Positions 45,852-55,462 of a stretch of 64,000 bases of DNA are shown piece after piece (the stretch's first letter is position 1; each line of letters begins with the position of its first letter). Position numbers and translations under genes: made by a program. Source of the stretch: Candidatus Omnitrophota bacterium (GTDB taxonomy: Bacteria > Omnitrophota > Gorgyraeia > Gygaellales > Profunditerraquicolaceae); assembly GCA_030650425.1 (NCBI GenBank), contig JAUSED010000003.1, positions 71,903 to 135,902 on the forward strand, given 5' to 3'. The notes beneath the pieces are model-generated. The model was not told where the DNA came from and did not search any database. It worked only from the letters and a program-made list of their open reading frames with translations.

Positions 45852-46338
45852 GATTGCCAATTTAATTTTTATTTTTGGCGCGAAATATTTGTATCTAATC
45901 GTAATGATCATTTCTTTTATTTGGTTCTTAAGCCAGCCCAAGCCCCGGAGGAGAGAGATTCTAATGATTACTTGTATCTGTCTTCCGCTCATGCTGATTA
46001 TCTTCGGGATTGCCAGCCATCTTTATTATAACCCCCGGCCGTTCGTTTTAGGGCATTTCCAACCTTTAATAGCCCACAAGGCGGATAATGGTTTTCCTTC
46101 ACACCATATGCTGTTAACTTCGGCTATCGCGGCTATAATTTTTGTTTTTGACCGGCGCACCAGCCTTATTCTCTGGGTTTTGGCATTATTGGCAGGCTTC
46201 TCCAGAGTATATGCCGGCGTGCATCATACAATTGATATTACCGGGAGTTTATTAATTGCGATTATTTCGGTAAGCTTAGCCTGGTTTTTTGTAAAGAACT
46301 TAAAGAACCGTAAACCACGTATCTTTCAGGAGGGATAA
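45844..46338 (+). CDS. PAP2-family phosphatase (undecaprenyl-diphosphatase-like)
   Basis: PRPF, FPSHH, SRVYAGVHHTID. Confidence 0.85.
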   Translation: MTEIANLIFIFGAKYLYLIVMIISFIWFLSQPKPRRREILMITCICLPLMLIIFGIASHLYYNPRPFVLGHFQPLIAHKADNGFPSHHMLLTSAIAAIIFVFDRRTSLILWVLALLAGFSRVYAGVHHTIDITGSLLIAIISVSLAWFFVKNLKNRKPRIFQEG

Positions 46339-46342
46339 GAGG

Positions 46343-47245
46343 GTGAGCATACTTGTCTTGGGGACTGTTGCATTGGATAATGTCAGGACGCCGTATGGAG
46401 CAAGGAGAAAAATGCTTGGCGGTTCAGCCGCGCATTTTTCCATGGCCGCGCGGCTATTCACCAAGGTAAACCTTGTCGCTATCGTAGGCAAAGATTTTCC
46501 CCAAAAAAATATAGATTTTTTGGAAGCTAAAGGCATCAATCTTACCGCGCTGATCCGCGAGCCCTCCGGAAAGACCTTTCAGTGGTCAGGGGAGTATAAA
46601 GGCGATTTAAATACCGCGATTACCCTGAATACCGAATTAGGCGTGCTCAGTTCGTTCCAGCCACAGGTTTCCGACGAGCAGAAGGAGATAGAATATCTCT
46701 TTTTGGCTAATGTCGATCCGGATATACAGCGGCATCTCTTAAGCCACATGCAATCGCCTAAACTCGTTGCTTTGGATAGTATGAATTACTGGATAAATAA
46801 TAAGCGTAAATCACTTTTAGGTTTATTAAAAGAGGTGCATATCTATGTGGCTAATGATCAGGAGGCGCGCTCTTTATCCGGCGAACACAACTTAATTAAG
46901 GCGGCCAAGCGTCTGCGTTCTTTCGGCCCCAAAATGGTTCTGATCAAAAAAGGCGAGCACGGAGTTTTATTTTATAGCGATAAATTCATTTTTTCCCTTC
47001 CGGCGTACCCGGCGGATAAAGTGATCGATCCTACCGGAGCAGGCGATACCTTTGCCGGCGCCTTTATGGGTTATTTAGCTAAATCTAAGGCTATAAATAT
47101 GCTCAACATAAAAAAAGCTATTACCTTTGGCACAATAGCCGCCTCATTTAATATCGAAGGTTTTGGCTTGGAAAGAACTGCCAAGCTTACGCTGAAAGAT
47201 TTGAATAAACGAGTAACCGAATTCAAGAAGTGTATTTTATTATAA
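46343..47245 (+). CDS. PfkB-family carbohydrate/nucleoside kinase
   Basis: GTVALD, LGGSA, KKGEHG, DPTGAGDTFAG. Confidence 0.9.
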   Translation: MSILVLGTVALDNVRTPYGARRKMLGGSAAHFSMAARLFTKVNLVAIVGKDFPQKNIDFLEAKGINLTALIREPSGKTFQWSGEYKGDLNTAITLNTELGVLSSFQPQVSDEQKEIEYLFLANVDPDIQRHLLSHMQSPKLVALDSMNYWINNKRKSLLGLLKEVHIYVANDQEARSLSGEHNLIKAAKRLRSFGPKMVLIKKGEHGVLFYSDKFIFSLPAYPADKVIDPTGAGDTFAGAFMGYLAKSKAINMLNIKKAITFGTIAASFNIEGFGLERTAKLTLKDLNKRVTEFKKCILL

Positions 47246-47256
47246 GGAGGGGACTG

Positions 47257-47703
47257 ATGCTGGAAGCTAAAATTCTTAGTGATTATAAAGAAGCGATGAA
47301 ATCAAGGGATTCACTAAAGAGTTCGGTGTTAAGTTTTTTAAGGGCGGACTTGATGAATGCCGCCATCGCTAAGAAGAAGAACGCGCTCGATGACAGCGAG
47401 ACAATCGCCGTAATTAAAAAACAGGTCAAGCAGCGCCAGGATTCTATTGAACAGTTTACCAAAGGCGCCCGCCCGGAGATGGCTGAAAAAGAGAAGCAGG
47501 AATTGGAAATATTAAAAACCTATCTTCCTGCTGAGATGTCTAGCGATGAAATTAAAAAAATAATTGAAGAGGTTGCCGTTGCGGCCGGCGCAGGCGGCTT
47601 GAAAGATATGGGTAAGGTGATGAAAGAGGTTAATCTAAAAATAGCCGGTAAGGCAGATGGTAAATTAGTCAGTGAATTGGTAAGAGAGAGGCTTGGTAAA
47701 TAG
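47257..47703 (+). CDS. GatB/YqeY domain protein
   Basis: AAGGAGG SD. KEAMKSRD, KQRQDSIEQF, YLP, DMGKVM, ADGK. Confidence 0.92.
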   Translation: MLEAKILSDYKEAMKSRDSLKSSVLSFLRADLMNAAIAKKKNALDDSETIAVIKKQVKQRQDSIEQFTKGARPEMAEKEKQELEILKTYLPAEMSSDEIKKIIEEVAVAAGAGGLKDMGKVMKEVNLKIAGKADGKLVSELVRERLGK

Positions 47704-47716
47704 GGAAAGTAATTGA

Positions 47717-48817
47717 ATGGAAACCTATTTTTTAAAGAACGAAGACCTGTTGAAGTTTTATGAGCGCATAGCCCAGGGATATGAGTTGTATGTGCCTACC
47801 CGGGTTAAATCCCCGATTAAGAAGGATGAATGTGCCTGTAAGTCTGACCTTCCCACCGATGATTTTTTATTAAGAAAATTTTCGCAAATCGGCAAGGAAG
47901 AGATAGTCTTTGGTGATTACCGCGCGGTAGAGCCGACTCGCGCCTTTTTCACGCATTATAAAGAAGAGGTTTGTGAATATTTTGAAGGTAATGACGTAAG
48001 AGAGAAAAAAGAACGGCCCCTTGCTTTGTGCGGCATAAAGAATTGCGATTTATTTTCGTTAAAAGTACAGGATTTTGTATTTTTAGGCGGCAATGAAGCC
48101 GACCCGCTTTATAAGAAAAGAAGGGATGATGCTTTAATCATTGCCGGTGACTGCCCGTATTTCAAAGAAGTTTGTTTTTGCCGGGCATTTGATATCAATC
48201 CCTATCCTACCGAAGGCTTTGATTTTAACCTTTCTCCGTTAAATAACGGCTATCTCCTTGATGTAGCATCGCAAAAAGCGAAAATAATTGTTCTGTCTCT
48301 GAAAAAGCTGTTGATTCCGGCGACATTAGGACAACTTTCGGGAAGGGGGGCAAAGAGAGAGTCGGTAAATATGCGCATGGATGCGCATCTGGTGCCGCAT
48401 AAGATCCCTAAAAAAGAGGTTTTACAAGATATAGTTTTAGCAGGTTACAACTCAGGGGTTTGGGTTGATGAGATGCGCACCTGTGTTGAATGCAACGGTT
48501 GTGTTTTTATGTGCGATACCTGCCACTGTTTTTTACTTTCAGACGACACTTCTTCGGGAAATGCCAGAAAGCTGCGGCTTTGGGATGGCTGCCTGTTAAA
48601 AAATTTTACCAAGGTAGCCGGAGGAGCCAATCCTTTACGTTTACGTTATATGCGGCTGCGTAACCGCTATTTAAAGAAATTTGATTTTTTTGTTGAGAAT
48701 TTAGGGTTTCAAGCCTGCTGCGGTTGCGGCAGGTGTATAGAAGTCTGCCCCGGGAAAATAGATATCCGCCGGATATTACGAAGATTAAATGAAGAAAAAC
48801 ATATACCAACCGGTTAA
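47717..48817 (+). CDS. AsrA/HydB-like 4Fe-4S dicluster subunit
   Basis: GIKNCD, CFC, CVECNGCVFMCDTCHCF, WDGC, CCGCGRCIEVCP. Confidence 0.85.
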   Translation: METYFLKNEDLLKFYERIAQGYELYVPTRVKSPIKKDECACKSDLPTDDFLLRKFSQIGKEEIVFGDYRAVEPTRAFFTHYKEEVCEYFEGNDVREKKERPLALCGIKNCDLFSLKVQDFVFLGGNEADPLYKKRRDDALIIAGDCPYFKEVCFCRAFDINPYPTEGFDFNLSPLNNGYLLDVASQKAKIIVLSLKKLLIPATLGQLSGRGAKRESVNMRMDAHLVPHKIPKKEVLQDIVLAGYNSGVWVDEMRTCVECNGCVFMCDTCHCFLLSDDTSSGNARKLRLWDGCLLKNFTKVAGGANPLRLRYMRLRNRYLKKFDFFVENLGFQACCGCGRCIEVCPGKIDIRRILRRLNEEKHIPTG

Positions 48818-49607
48818 GGCTGTCATCGAAGAAATCATCGAAGAGACAGCCACGATCAAGACTTTCCGGATTAGGCCGGAGGTAGAATTTAGCTTTGCTA
48901 CCGGGCAATTCATCGAAGTGACTGTGCCGGGGGTAGGGGAAGCGCCTTTTACCCCTTCTTCTGATCCGGGAGTCAAGGATAGGCTGGATCTCACGATAAT
49001 GAAAGCAGGCGAGGTTACCTCTAAATTACATAGTATGGGTAAAGGCGGCCTGCTTGGTATCCGCGGGCCCTATGGTAAGGGGTATCCTTTGGATCAATTT
49101 AAAGGAAAAGATATCCTGATTGTCGGCGGCGGCGTGGGCCTGGCGCCCTTACGTTCGTTATTATTCAGCCTTTTTTCCGGGCTTGATCAATACAACAAAG
49201 TTGTCTTACGTTACGGCGCGCGTTCTCCGGCAGATATAGTTTATAAAGCACTCCTTCCTGAATGGGCTAAGCAGGATAAAGTTGATCTTTTAACCAGCGT
49301 TGATGTAGGTGATGCTGGCTGGCAGGGAAATGTGGGGTTGGTGACTACTATCTTAGGCGCTGCCCCGGTAGATTTCGCCAGCGCTATCGGTATAGTTTGC
49401 GGCCCGCCGATTATGATGAAATTCGTTACTTTAAAATTGCTGGATTTAGGTTTTAAGCCGTGCGATATATATTTATCCATGGAGAAGAGTATGTCCTGCG
49501 GCCTGGGTAAATGCGGGCACTGCCGGATCGGGAAATATTACGCCTGTAAAGACGGCCCGGTGTTTACCTATGAACAATTAAAGGATATCCATGACATTTG
49601 GGACTAA
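48789..49607 (+). CDS. AsrB/HydG-like FAD/NAD(P)-binding [2Fe-2S] subunit
   Basis: GQFIEV, RGPYGKGY, GGGVGLAP, CGPPIMM, MSCGLGKCGHC...CKDGPVF. Confidence 0.9.
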   Translation: MKKNIYQPVKAVIEEIIEETATIKTFRIRPEVEFSFATGQFIEVTVPGVGEAPFTPSSDPGVKDRLDLTIMKAGEVTSKLHSMGKGGLLGIRGPYGKGYPLDQFKGKDILIVGGGVGLAPLRSLLFSLFSGLDQYNKVVLRYGARSPADIVYKALLPEWAKQDKVDLLTSVDVGDAGWQGNVGLVTTILGAAPVDFASAIGIVCGPPIMMKFVTLKLLDLGFKPCDIYLSMEKSMSCGLGKCGHCRIGKYYACKDGPVFTYEQLKDIHDIWD

Positions 49608-49610
49608 AGG

Positions 49611-49668
49611 CGAAACAGTTTCCGATCCAAAGCGGAAACTGTTTCCGAGCCAATCGGGAAACAGTTTC
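49611..49668. repeat. Triple GAAACWGTTTC palindromic repeat between operon genes
   Basis: GAAACAGTTTCC / GGAAACTGTTTCC / GGAAACAGTTTC. Confidence 0.65.
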
Positions 49669-49681
49669 TAAGCTTATGCTT

Positions 49682-50176
49682 ATGAAGAGGCTATTTATAG
49701 ACTTAGAGATCTGTAATAAATGCAAAGAGTGTAAGGTTGCCTGCGATTATTTTTATCATCCGCAGAATAACGGGGTTACTTCTTTACGTGAATATGCCAC
49801 CTTTGCCACGATCTGCCGGCATTGTGAAGAAGCGCCTTGCGTGCATGCCTGCTATCATAATGCCTTGGAGCGTGCCTCTGATGGCCACATTAAGCGCTAC
49901 AAAATGCGCTGCACAAGTTGTAAATCCTGTTCAGTGGCTTGCCCGTTTGGGATCATCTACCAGGATTTTATCCCTTACCTTGATTCTAAATGCGATTATT
50001 GTGTAGGTAAAGCTGCAAAAATGCCTGAATGCTCATTTAGCTGCCCGGAAAAAGCCATAGAGGTAAAAGAGGTAGAAGAGAACCTTGAACAAGATATTTA
50101 TTTTGTGGGAGAACATCTGGCAGTGCATACACCTAGATGGTCAAGAGAGGATATACAGCTTCCTAGAAAGAAATGA
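49682..50176 (+). CDS. Polyferredoxin (HycB/CooF-like) electron transfer subunit
   Basis: CNKCKEC, CRHCEEAPCVHAC, CTSCKSCSVACP, KCDYC. Confidence 0.85.
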   Translation: MKRLFIDLEICNKCKECKVACDYFYHPQNNGVTSLREYATFATICRHCEEAPCVHACYHNALERASDGHIKRYKMRCTSCKSCSVACPFGIIYQDFIPYLDSKCDYCVGKAAKMPECSFSCPEKAIEVKEVEENLEQDIYFVGEHLAVHTPRWSREDIQLPRKK

Positions 50177-51084
50177 AATATATTCTTTACTACTTAATAT
50201 TCCCGGGTTTTTTATTCAGTTCAATAGTGGGACTCTTAGCCTGTTGGGTTGACAGGAAAGTTACCGCGCGCTTACAGTGGAGGGTTGGCCCGCCGTGGCA
50301 TCAGAATTTCACCGATCTAGTAAAATTGTTAGGTAAGGAAGTGATTGTGCCCGAAAGCGCAAAGTTAACCTTTTTACTTTCACCTTATCTTGGATTGATT
50401 AGCGTGGTATTAGTTTGCACCGGATTAGGCAGGATAATCATTTTACCGCTGGATAGTTTCGGAGTAGATTTAATCGTATTCTTTTATCTTTTGACTGTTC
50501 CGGCAATAGCTCTGATTATCGGAGCATCGGCTTCAAGAAACCCATTGGCTTCGGTGGGGGCGTCAAGAGAAGCCAAACTCATCCTGGCTTATGAACTGCC
50601 TTTTATTTTGGCAATCATTGTTGTGGTAATCAAAAGTAGAGGCGCAATACAAATAGGCCAGATTATCCAATATCAGATGATCTTTGGTTCAAACCTTTTC
50701 TCTATCTCAGGATTTTTAAGCTTCATTGCCGCCATTTTTTGCATTCAGGCAAAGCTAGGGACGGGCCTTTTTGATATTGCTGAGGCGGATCAGGAGATTA
50801 TGTGCGGTACTTTGATTGAATACTCGGGGCTCCCCCTGGCAATCTTTAAACTGACCAAGGCGCTCATGCTTTATATTGTCCCGCTTTTTATCATTGTTTT
50901 ATTTCTAGGCCGCGATTTAAGCCCGGTATTCTTAACCGCCAAATATTTGATGTTGTTAGTGATCATCATTTTGTTTAAAAATACAAATCCGCGTTTGCGT
51001 ATTGATCAGGCCTTAAGGTTCTTCTGGAGGATACCGACGCTTCTGGCGGGAGCAGCTGTGGTGTTAGCGATATGCGGATTATAA
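50173..51084 (+). CDS. NuoH/HycD-like membrane anchor
   Basis: DRKVTARLQWRVGPP, GASRE, FDIAEADQE, EYSG, PRLRIDQ. Confidence 0.9.
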   Translation: MKYILYYLIFPGFLFSSIVGLLACWVDRKVTARLQWRVGPPWHQNFTDLVKLLGKEVIVPESAKLTFLLSPYLGLISVVLVCTGLGRIIILPLDSFGVDLIVFFYLLTVPAIALIIGASASRNPLASVGASREAKLILAYELPFILAIIVVVIKSRGAIQIGQIIQYQMIFGSNLFSISGFLSFIAAIFCIQAKLGTGLFDIAEADQEIMCGTLIEYSGLPLAIFKLTKALMLYIVPLFIIVLFLGRDLSPVFLTAKYLMLLVIIILFKNTNPRLRIDQALRFFWRIPTLLAGAAVVLAICGL

Positions 51085-51085
51085 T

Positions 51086-51511
51086 ATGGATATAAGAAAA
51101 AAAGCCTTAACGAAGTCCATTTGGGTATTTCATGTAAGCGCAGGCTCATGCAATAACTGCGACATAGAAATATTCGATTGTTTTACCCCCCGGTTTGATG
51201 TCGAGCGTTTGGGCATTCAGCTTGCCGGTTCAGTTCGTCATGCCGACGCGCTCTTGATCACGGGAGTAATCAACAAAAAAACCATCCCCATCGTGAAAAA
51301 GATTTACGAACAGGCGCCCAAGCCCTGTATGGTGATCGCCTGCGGCATCTGCGCTAATTCGCAGCATATGTTCAGGTTTGGTTATAATGTGGAAAAACCC
51401 TTGGATAAAATACTGCCGGTTGATGTCTATATTCCGGGTTGTCCGCCTAAACCCGAAGCGATAATTTCAGGCATTGTGAAGTTGATAGATAAGCTAAAGA
51501 AAGGTAAGTAG
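51086..51511 (+). CDS. Group 4 [NiFe]-hydrogenase small subunit
   Basis: GSCNNCDIE, RHAD, GICA, IPGCPPKPE. Confidence 0.9.
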   Translation: MDIRKKALTKSIWVFHVSAGSCNNCDIEIFDCFTPRFDVERLGIQLAGSVRHADALLITGVINKKTIPIVKKIYEQAPKPCMVIACGICANSQHMFRFGYNVEKPLDKILPVDVYIPGCPPKPEAIISGIVKLIDKLKKGK

Positions 51512-51515
51512 GCTT

Positions 51516-51944
51516 ATGGATATGCGGGATAGGATTAAAGAGAAGCTGCAGGATAAGCTAAGCGATTGGCTTGAGCCCTCTATTAAAAGGGTATATTTCA
51601 GCATAGACAAAAAAGATATCTTTAAGGTGACACAGGTATTGTTTAAAGAATTACAGCTAAGGTTTATTACGGCTTCAGCCGTGGATAACCCCGATTCTCT
51701 GGGAATTGTTTATCACTTTAGCAATGACCCCGCCGGCGAGGTTTATTCCGTGCGCGTTTTACTAGAGGATAAAATTAAACCCGAGATCCAATCGATCAGC
51801 CCTATTTTTCCGGCTGCGGAGTGGATCGAGCGCGAGATTTGGGAGATGTTCGGGATCAATTTTATCGGGCATCCTAATTTAAAGAAGCTTCTACTTGCCG
51901 ATGATTGGCCGGAGGGCGAGTATCCCTTGAGGAATAAAAAATGA
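51516..51944 (+). CDS. NuoC-like subunit
   Basis: AEWIEREIWEMFGINFIGHP, DDWPEGEYPLR. Confidence 0.9.
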   Translation: MDMRDRIKEKLQDKLSDWLEPSIKRVYFSIDKKDIFKVTQVLFKELQLRFITASAVDNPDSLGIVYHFSNDPAGEVYSVRVLLEDKIKPEIQSISPIFPAAEWIEREIWEMFGINFIGHPNLKKLLLADDWPEGEYPLRNKK

Positions 51945-53149
51945 GCCATAAAATCATCGTACCCATAGGGCCGTATCATCCATTGCAGGACGAGCCGGAG
52001 TTTTTCCAGCTTTATGTGGAAGGAGAAAAGGTAGTTGATATTGATATTATTATCGGGTATAACCACCGCGGGATAGAGAAACTTTCTGAATCCAAGCATT
52101 TTGATCAAGTTCCGTTTTTAGTCGAACGTATCTGCGGTATTTGTTCGTCAAGCCATCCCTACGCTTATTGCTTAGCGGTAGAGAATATTTTAGGCGGAGA
52201 GATAAATATTGTCCCCGAGAAAGCGCTGTATATCCGCACAATTATCGATGAATTGCAGCGGATTCACAGCCATCTTTTGTGGCTGGGCCTGGCCGGGCAC
52301 TTTATAGGATATAACACTGTTTGGATGTGGGCCTGGAAATACCGCGAGCCGGTATTGGATATGTTTGAAATGGTAACCGGTAACCGGAACAATTATGCTA
52401 TGTTTAAAATCGGCGGGGTCAGGCGCGATATAAAAGACGAAGATATCCCCCTATTAAGAAAAATGCTCGATGAATTACTTCCTGCCGTAGATTTGTTTCG
52501 CGGGGCGGTAATGGATGATCCGGTAATTAAGATGAGATTGAAAGATGTCGGGACTTTAACTTATCAGCAGGCAGTTGATTGGTGCGTGGTTGGGCCGACT
52601 GCCCGCGCCTCCGGAGTTAATATCGATATCCGTAGAGACGACCCTTACGGGGTAACCGAGCGGCTTGATTGGAATGTGATTTTGGAAAAAGACGGTGATA
52701 TATTTTCTAAGACCATAGTCAGGATTCTTGAACTTTACGAGAGTATAAGCATTATCCGGCAGTCTCTGGATAAGATGCCTAAGTCCGGGGTAATTGATGC
52801 CGAGGTCAAAGATATCCCCGAAGGCGAAGGTATCGGCAGGGTTGAAGCTCCCAGAGGCGAATGTTTCCACTATATCAAAAGTGACGGAACAAATCAACCA
52901 GTCAGGCATAAGGTTCGCTCCCCGAGCTTTATGAATGTGGCTTCGGATAAAGTATCTGCCGTAGGAGGGACAATCTCTGACGCGACGATTACTTTAGCCG
53001 CGGTTGATCCCTGTTATTGCTGCACAGAGCGAGTGGCGGTGATCAACAAAATAAATAATCGCAAGGTGATGAATGGCTGGGATCTGGTTAAGCTCTCTCA
53101 AGAAAAGACCCTTAAGCTAAAGGAGGGTTACCATGGCAGACCTAAATAG
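51941..53149 (+). CDS. Group 4 [NiFe]-hydrogenase large subunit (4g-like)
   Basis: GPYHP, HRGIEK, L1 ERICGICS, EAPRGE, L2 DPCYCCTER followed by a C-terminal extension. Confidence 0.9.
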   Translation: MSHKIIVPIGPYHPLQDEPEFFQLYVEGEKVVDIDIIIGYNHRGIEKLSESKHFDQVPFLVERICGICSSSHPYAYCLAVENILGGEINIVPEKALYIRTIIDELQRIHSHLLWLGLAGHFIGYNTVWMWAWKYREPVLDMFEMVTGNRNNYAMFKIGGVRRDIKDEDIPLLRKMLDELLPAVDLFRGAVMDDPVIKMRLKDVGTLTYQQAVDWCVVGPTARASGVNIDIRRDDPYGVTERLDWNVILEKDGDIFSKTIVRILELYESISIIRQSLDKMPKSGVIDAEVKDIPEGEGIGRVEAPRGECFHYIKSDGTNQPVRHKVRSPSFMNVASDKVSAVGGTISDATITLAAVDPCYCCTERVAVINKINNRKVMNGWDLVKLSQEKTLKLKEGYHGRPK

Positions 53150-53750
53150 TATTAAGGATAAGATTATCCGCATGAGCAGAAGCGCGTCTACTATGTGGCA
53201 GCTTACTTACGGCGCCTTTATTGAGCACGACGTGGAGTTGATCGCTAAGGCGCTGGAAGAGGAGAATAAACTTAACTCTTTGGAAGAAGAGATTAACAAA
53301 AGCATTATTGATTTAGGGCGTACTAAATTTACACGGGAGGAGAAGGCGCGGGTAATAGCTTACGCCGATATCGCGGCGGATTTTGAGTTAATCGGGGACT
53401 ATTGTAAAGATATCTTGGAAAGAATCCAGATTAAAATAGAAGAGAAGCTCCTTTTTAGCGAGGATGCCGTTAAAGAATATAAAGAGCTCTATAATAAAAC
53501 AAAAGACGCCCTTGAAGAAGTGGTTTTTGTCCTGGAAAAGGACAATCTGGCGTTGATCAAAGAGGTGTTGCGCGAAGAGGAACATATTGACGGCCTTGTA
53601 GATAAATATCGCCAACATCACAGCCAGAGGATACTTGCCGGAGCGTGCACTCCGATGAGCTGTAATATGTTTTTAAATATGCTGGATTTTACGGCCGCGG
53701 TTTATTATCATATTAAAAAAATCGCTAAAAGCCTGCTTAAAATAAAATGA
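53133..53750 (+). CDS. Stand-alone PhoU-domain protein (Na/Pi-cotransporter C-terminal type)
   Basis: EENKLNSLEEEI, DFELIGDYC, EEHIDGL, HSQRILAGAC. Confidence 0.75.
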   Translation: MADLNSIKDKIIRMSRSASTMWQLTYGAFIEHDVELIAKALEEENKLNSLEEEINKSIIDLGRTKFTREEKARVIAYADIAADFELIGDYCKDILERIQIKIEEKLLFSEDAVKEYKELYNKTKDALEEVVFVLEKDNLALIKEVLREEEHIDGLVDKYRQHHSQRILAGACTPMSCNMFLNMLDFTAAVYYHIKKIAKSLLKIK

Positions 53751-55462
53751 TGAGCTTAAGCTTATTTTTTCTTTTTTCTCTTCCTTTCATCGGAGGCCTG
53801 TCCCTATTTTTTGTCGGCCGGCAGGATAATTTACGGAAGAATTTAAGCTTAGTTATATTTCTATTGAGTTTGTGTTCGTCCGTTTATTTATTATTCAGGC
53901 CCGAGGCCTCTTGGAGCAGGTATATTTTTAACGGTTATACCCTTACGCTTGGCCTGGGTAAGCTTAGCCGCCTGATTCTTTTTTCCGCCAACCTCATCAG
54001 CGCGTTAATTTGCCTGTATTCTAAAGATTATATTTCCGTCAAGCGTGGATATTACTCATGGTTTCTTTGGTTGTTAGCTCTCTCTAACCTACAGATATTG
54101 GCAACAGATTTTATTCTGTTTGTTCTTTCTTGGGTTGGTTCAATCTTTATACTTTACGCGCTGCTTAATCCGGGTTCACGTTCCAGCGCCAGGAAAGCCG
54201 CGACGATCTTAGGTTTCTCCTGCCTTTGTTTTATGATTGGCGCGTATATTTATTGCAGATTCAGCGGTTCAACCAGTATGTCAGCCGGTATGAGCATGGT
54301 TTTGAACAGGCCGATTTGCTGGTTGGCTTTTAGCCTTATGCTGATCGGCGCTTTGGCCAAGACAGACGCGTGGCCTTTTCATACCTGGGTTCCTGCCGCA
54401 AGCGAGAGCGCGCCGGTTACGGTTATGGCTATTTTACCCGCATCTTTGGACAAATTAATCGGCGTTTATTTATTATCACGGATATGTTTGGATTTATTTA
54501 TTTTGAACGGTTTTGTAGTTGCTATTCTGCTGATTATCGGCAGTCTTACGATCATCATCGCCGCGATGCTGGCTCTTACGCAGCATGACTTAAGAAAGAT
54601 GCTCTCATATTATACTATCAGCCAGGCAGGTTATATGGTTTTAGGCATTGCTACAGCGAATGCGGTAGGAATAGTAGGCGCGATATTTCATATGTTTAAT
54701 AATGCCATCTATCAGAATGGGCTTTTTCTTGTTGGGGGCGCGGTAGAGAAGGAAAAGGGGAGTTGGGATCTGGGGAAATTAGGCGGCCTGGCCCGTTATA
54801 TGCCGCTTACCTTTGTTAGCGGTTTAGTCTTCGCGCTCTCTATTTCAGGCGTTCCTCCTTTTAACGGTTTTGCTTCTAAGTGGATGATTTATCAGGGGGT
54901 CTTCTTAGGATTGACTTCATCCGGGCATTTTTGGTTACGTTTTGTTTATCTGTTTGCCCTGGTCGCGGCAATGTTTGGCAGCACATTTACCTTAGCCAGC
55001 TTCCTAAAATTCATTCACGCCATCTTCCTGGGACAGGATAATCATCCCGAAAAGAAACCCTCCGGCGAAACTTACCGGGGGATGCTTATTCCTTTATTGA
55101 TTTTATCCGGGCTTTGCATCATCTTGGGCGTATTCTCGAATTATTTTATTAAAAACCTCCTCGCCCCGTCTTTTTCATTCGTTTTAGATTATGGCGGAAG
55201 ATGGAATAGCCTATTTGTCGCTTTATTTTTTGCCGGCGCTTTAATTTTGGGATTTATTTTATGGCGCCTGACTTCCGGCGCCAGGAAGGTGAGAGAGGAC
55301 GGTTTTTTTATAGGAGGAGAGTCAGTCTCTGGCCGCCCTGTTTTTCCGGCCACGGAGTTTTATAAAACTATCGAAGAAATCCCCTTATTCCGCGCAGCTT
55401 ACAATTTTGTTAAATCTAAAGAATGGGATCTAAGGCGGATTATTAAAAGAAAGAAAGAATAA
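53747..55462 (+). CDS. Antiporter-like (NuoL/M/N, MrpD-type) membrane subunit
   Basis: Many TM helices, PFHTWVP, LPASLDKL, SQAGY, LGGLA, GVPPFNGFASKW. Confidence 0.85.
   Translation: MMSLSLFFLFSLPFIGGLSLFFVGRQDNLRKNLSLVIFLLSLCSSVYLLFRPEASWSRYIFNGYTLTLGLGKLSRLILFSANLISALICLYSKDYISVKRGYYSWFLWLLALSNLQILATDFILFVLSWVGSIFILYALLNPGSRSSARKAATILGFSCLCFMIGAYIYCRFSGSTSMSAGMSMVLNRPICWLAFSLMLIGALAKTDAWPFHTWVPAASESAPVTVMAILPASLDKLIGVYLLSRICLDLFILNGFVVAILLIIGSLTIIIAAMLALTQHDLRKMLSYYTISQAGYMVLGIATANAVGIVGAIFHMFNNAIYQNGLFLVGGAVEKEKGSWDLGKLGGLARYMPLTFVSGLVFALSISGVPPFNGFASKWMIYQGVFLGLTSSGHFWLRFVYLFALVAAMFGSTFTLASFLKFIHAIFLGQDNHPEKKPSGETYRGMLIPLLILSGLCIILGVFSNYFIKNLLAPSFSFVLDYGGRWNSLFVALFFAGALILGFILWRLTSGARKVREDGFFIGGESVSGRPVFPATEFYKTIEEIPLFRAAYNFVKSKEWDLRRIIKRKKE

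Noticed and set aside
47717-49607. Anaerobic sulfite reductase AsrABC
   Set aside because: There is no siroheme AsrC subunit, and the A/B-like genes lead into hydrogenase subunits.
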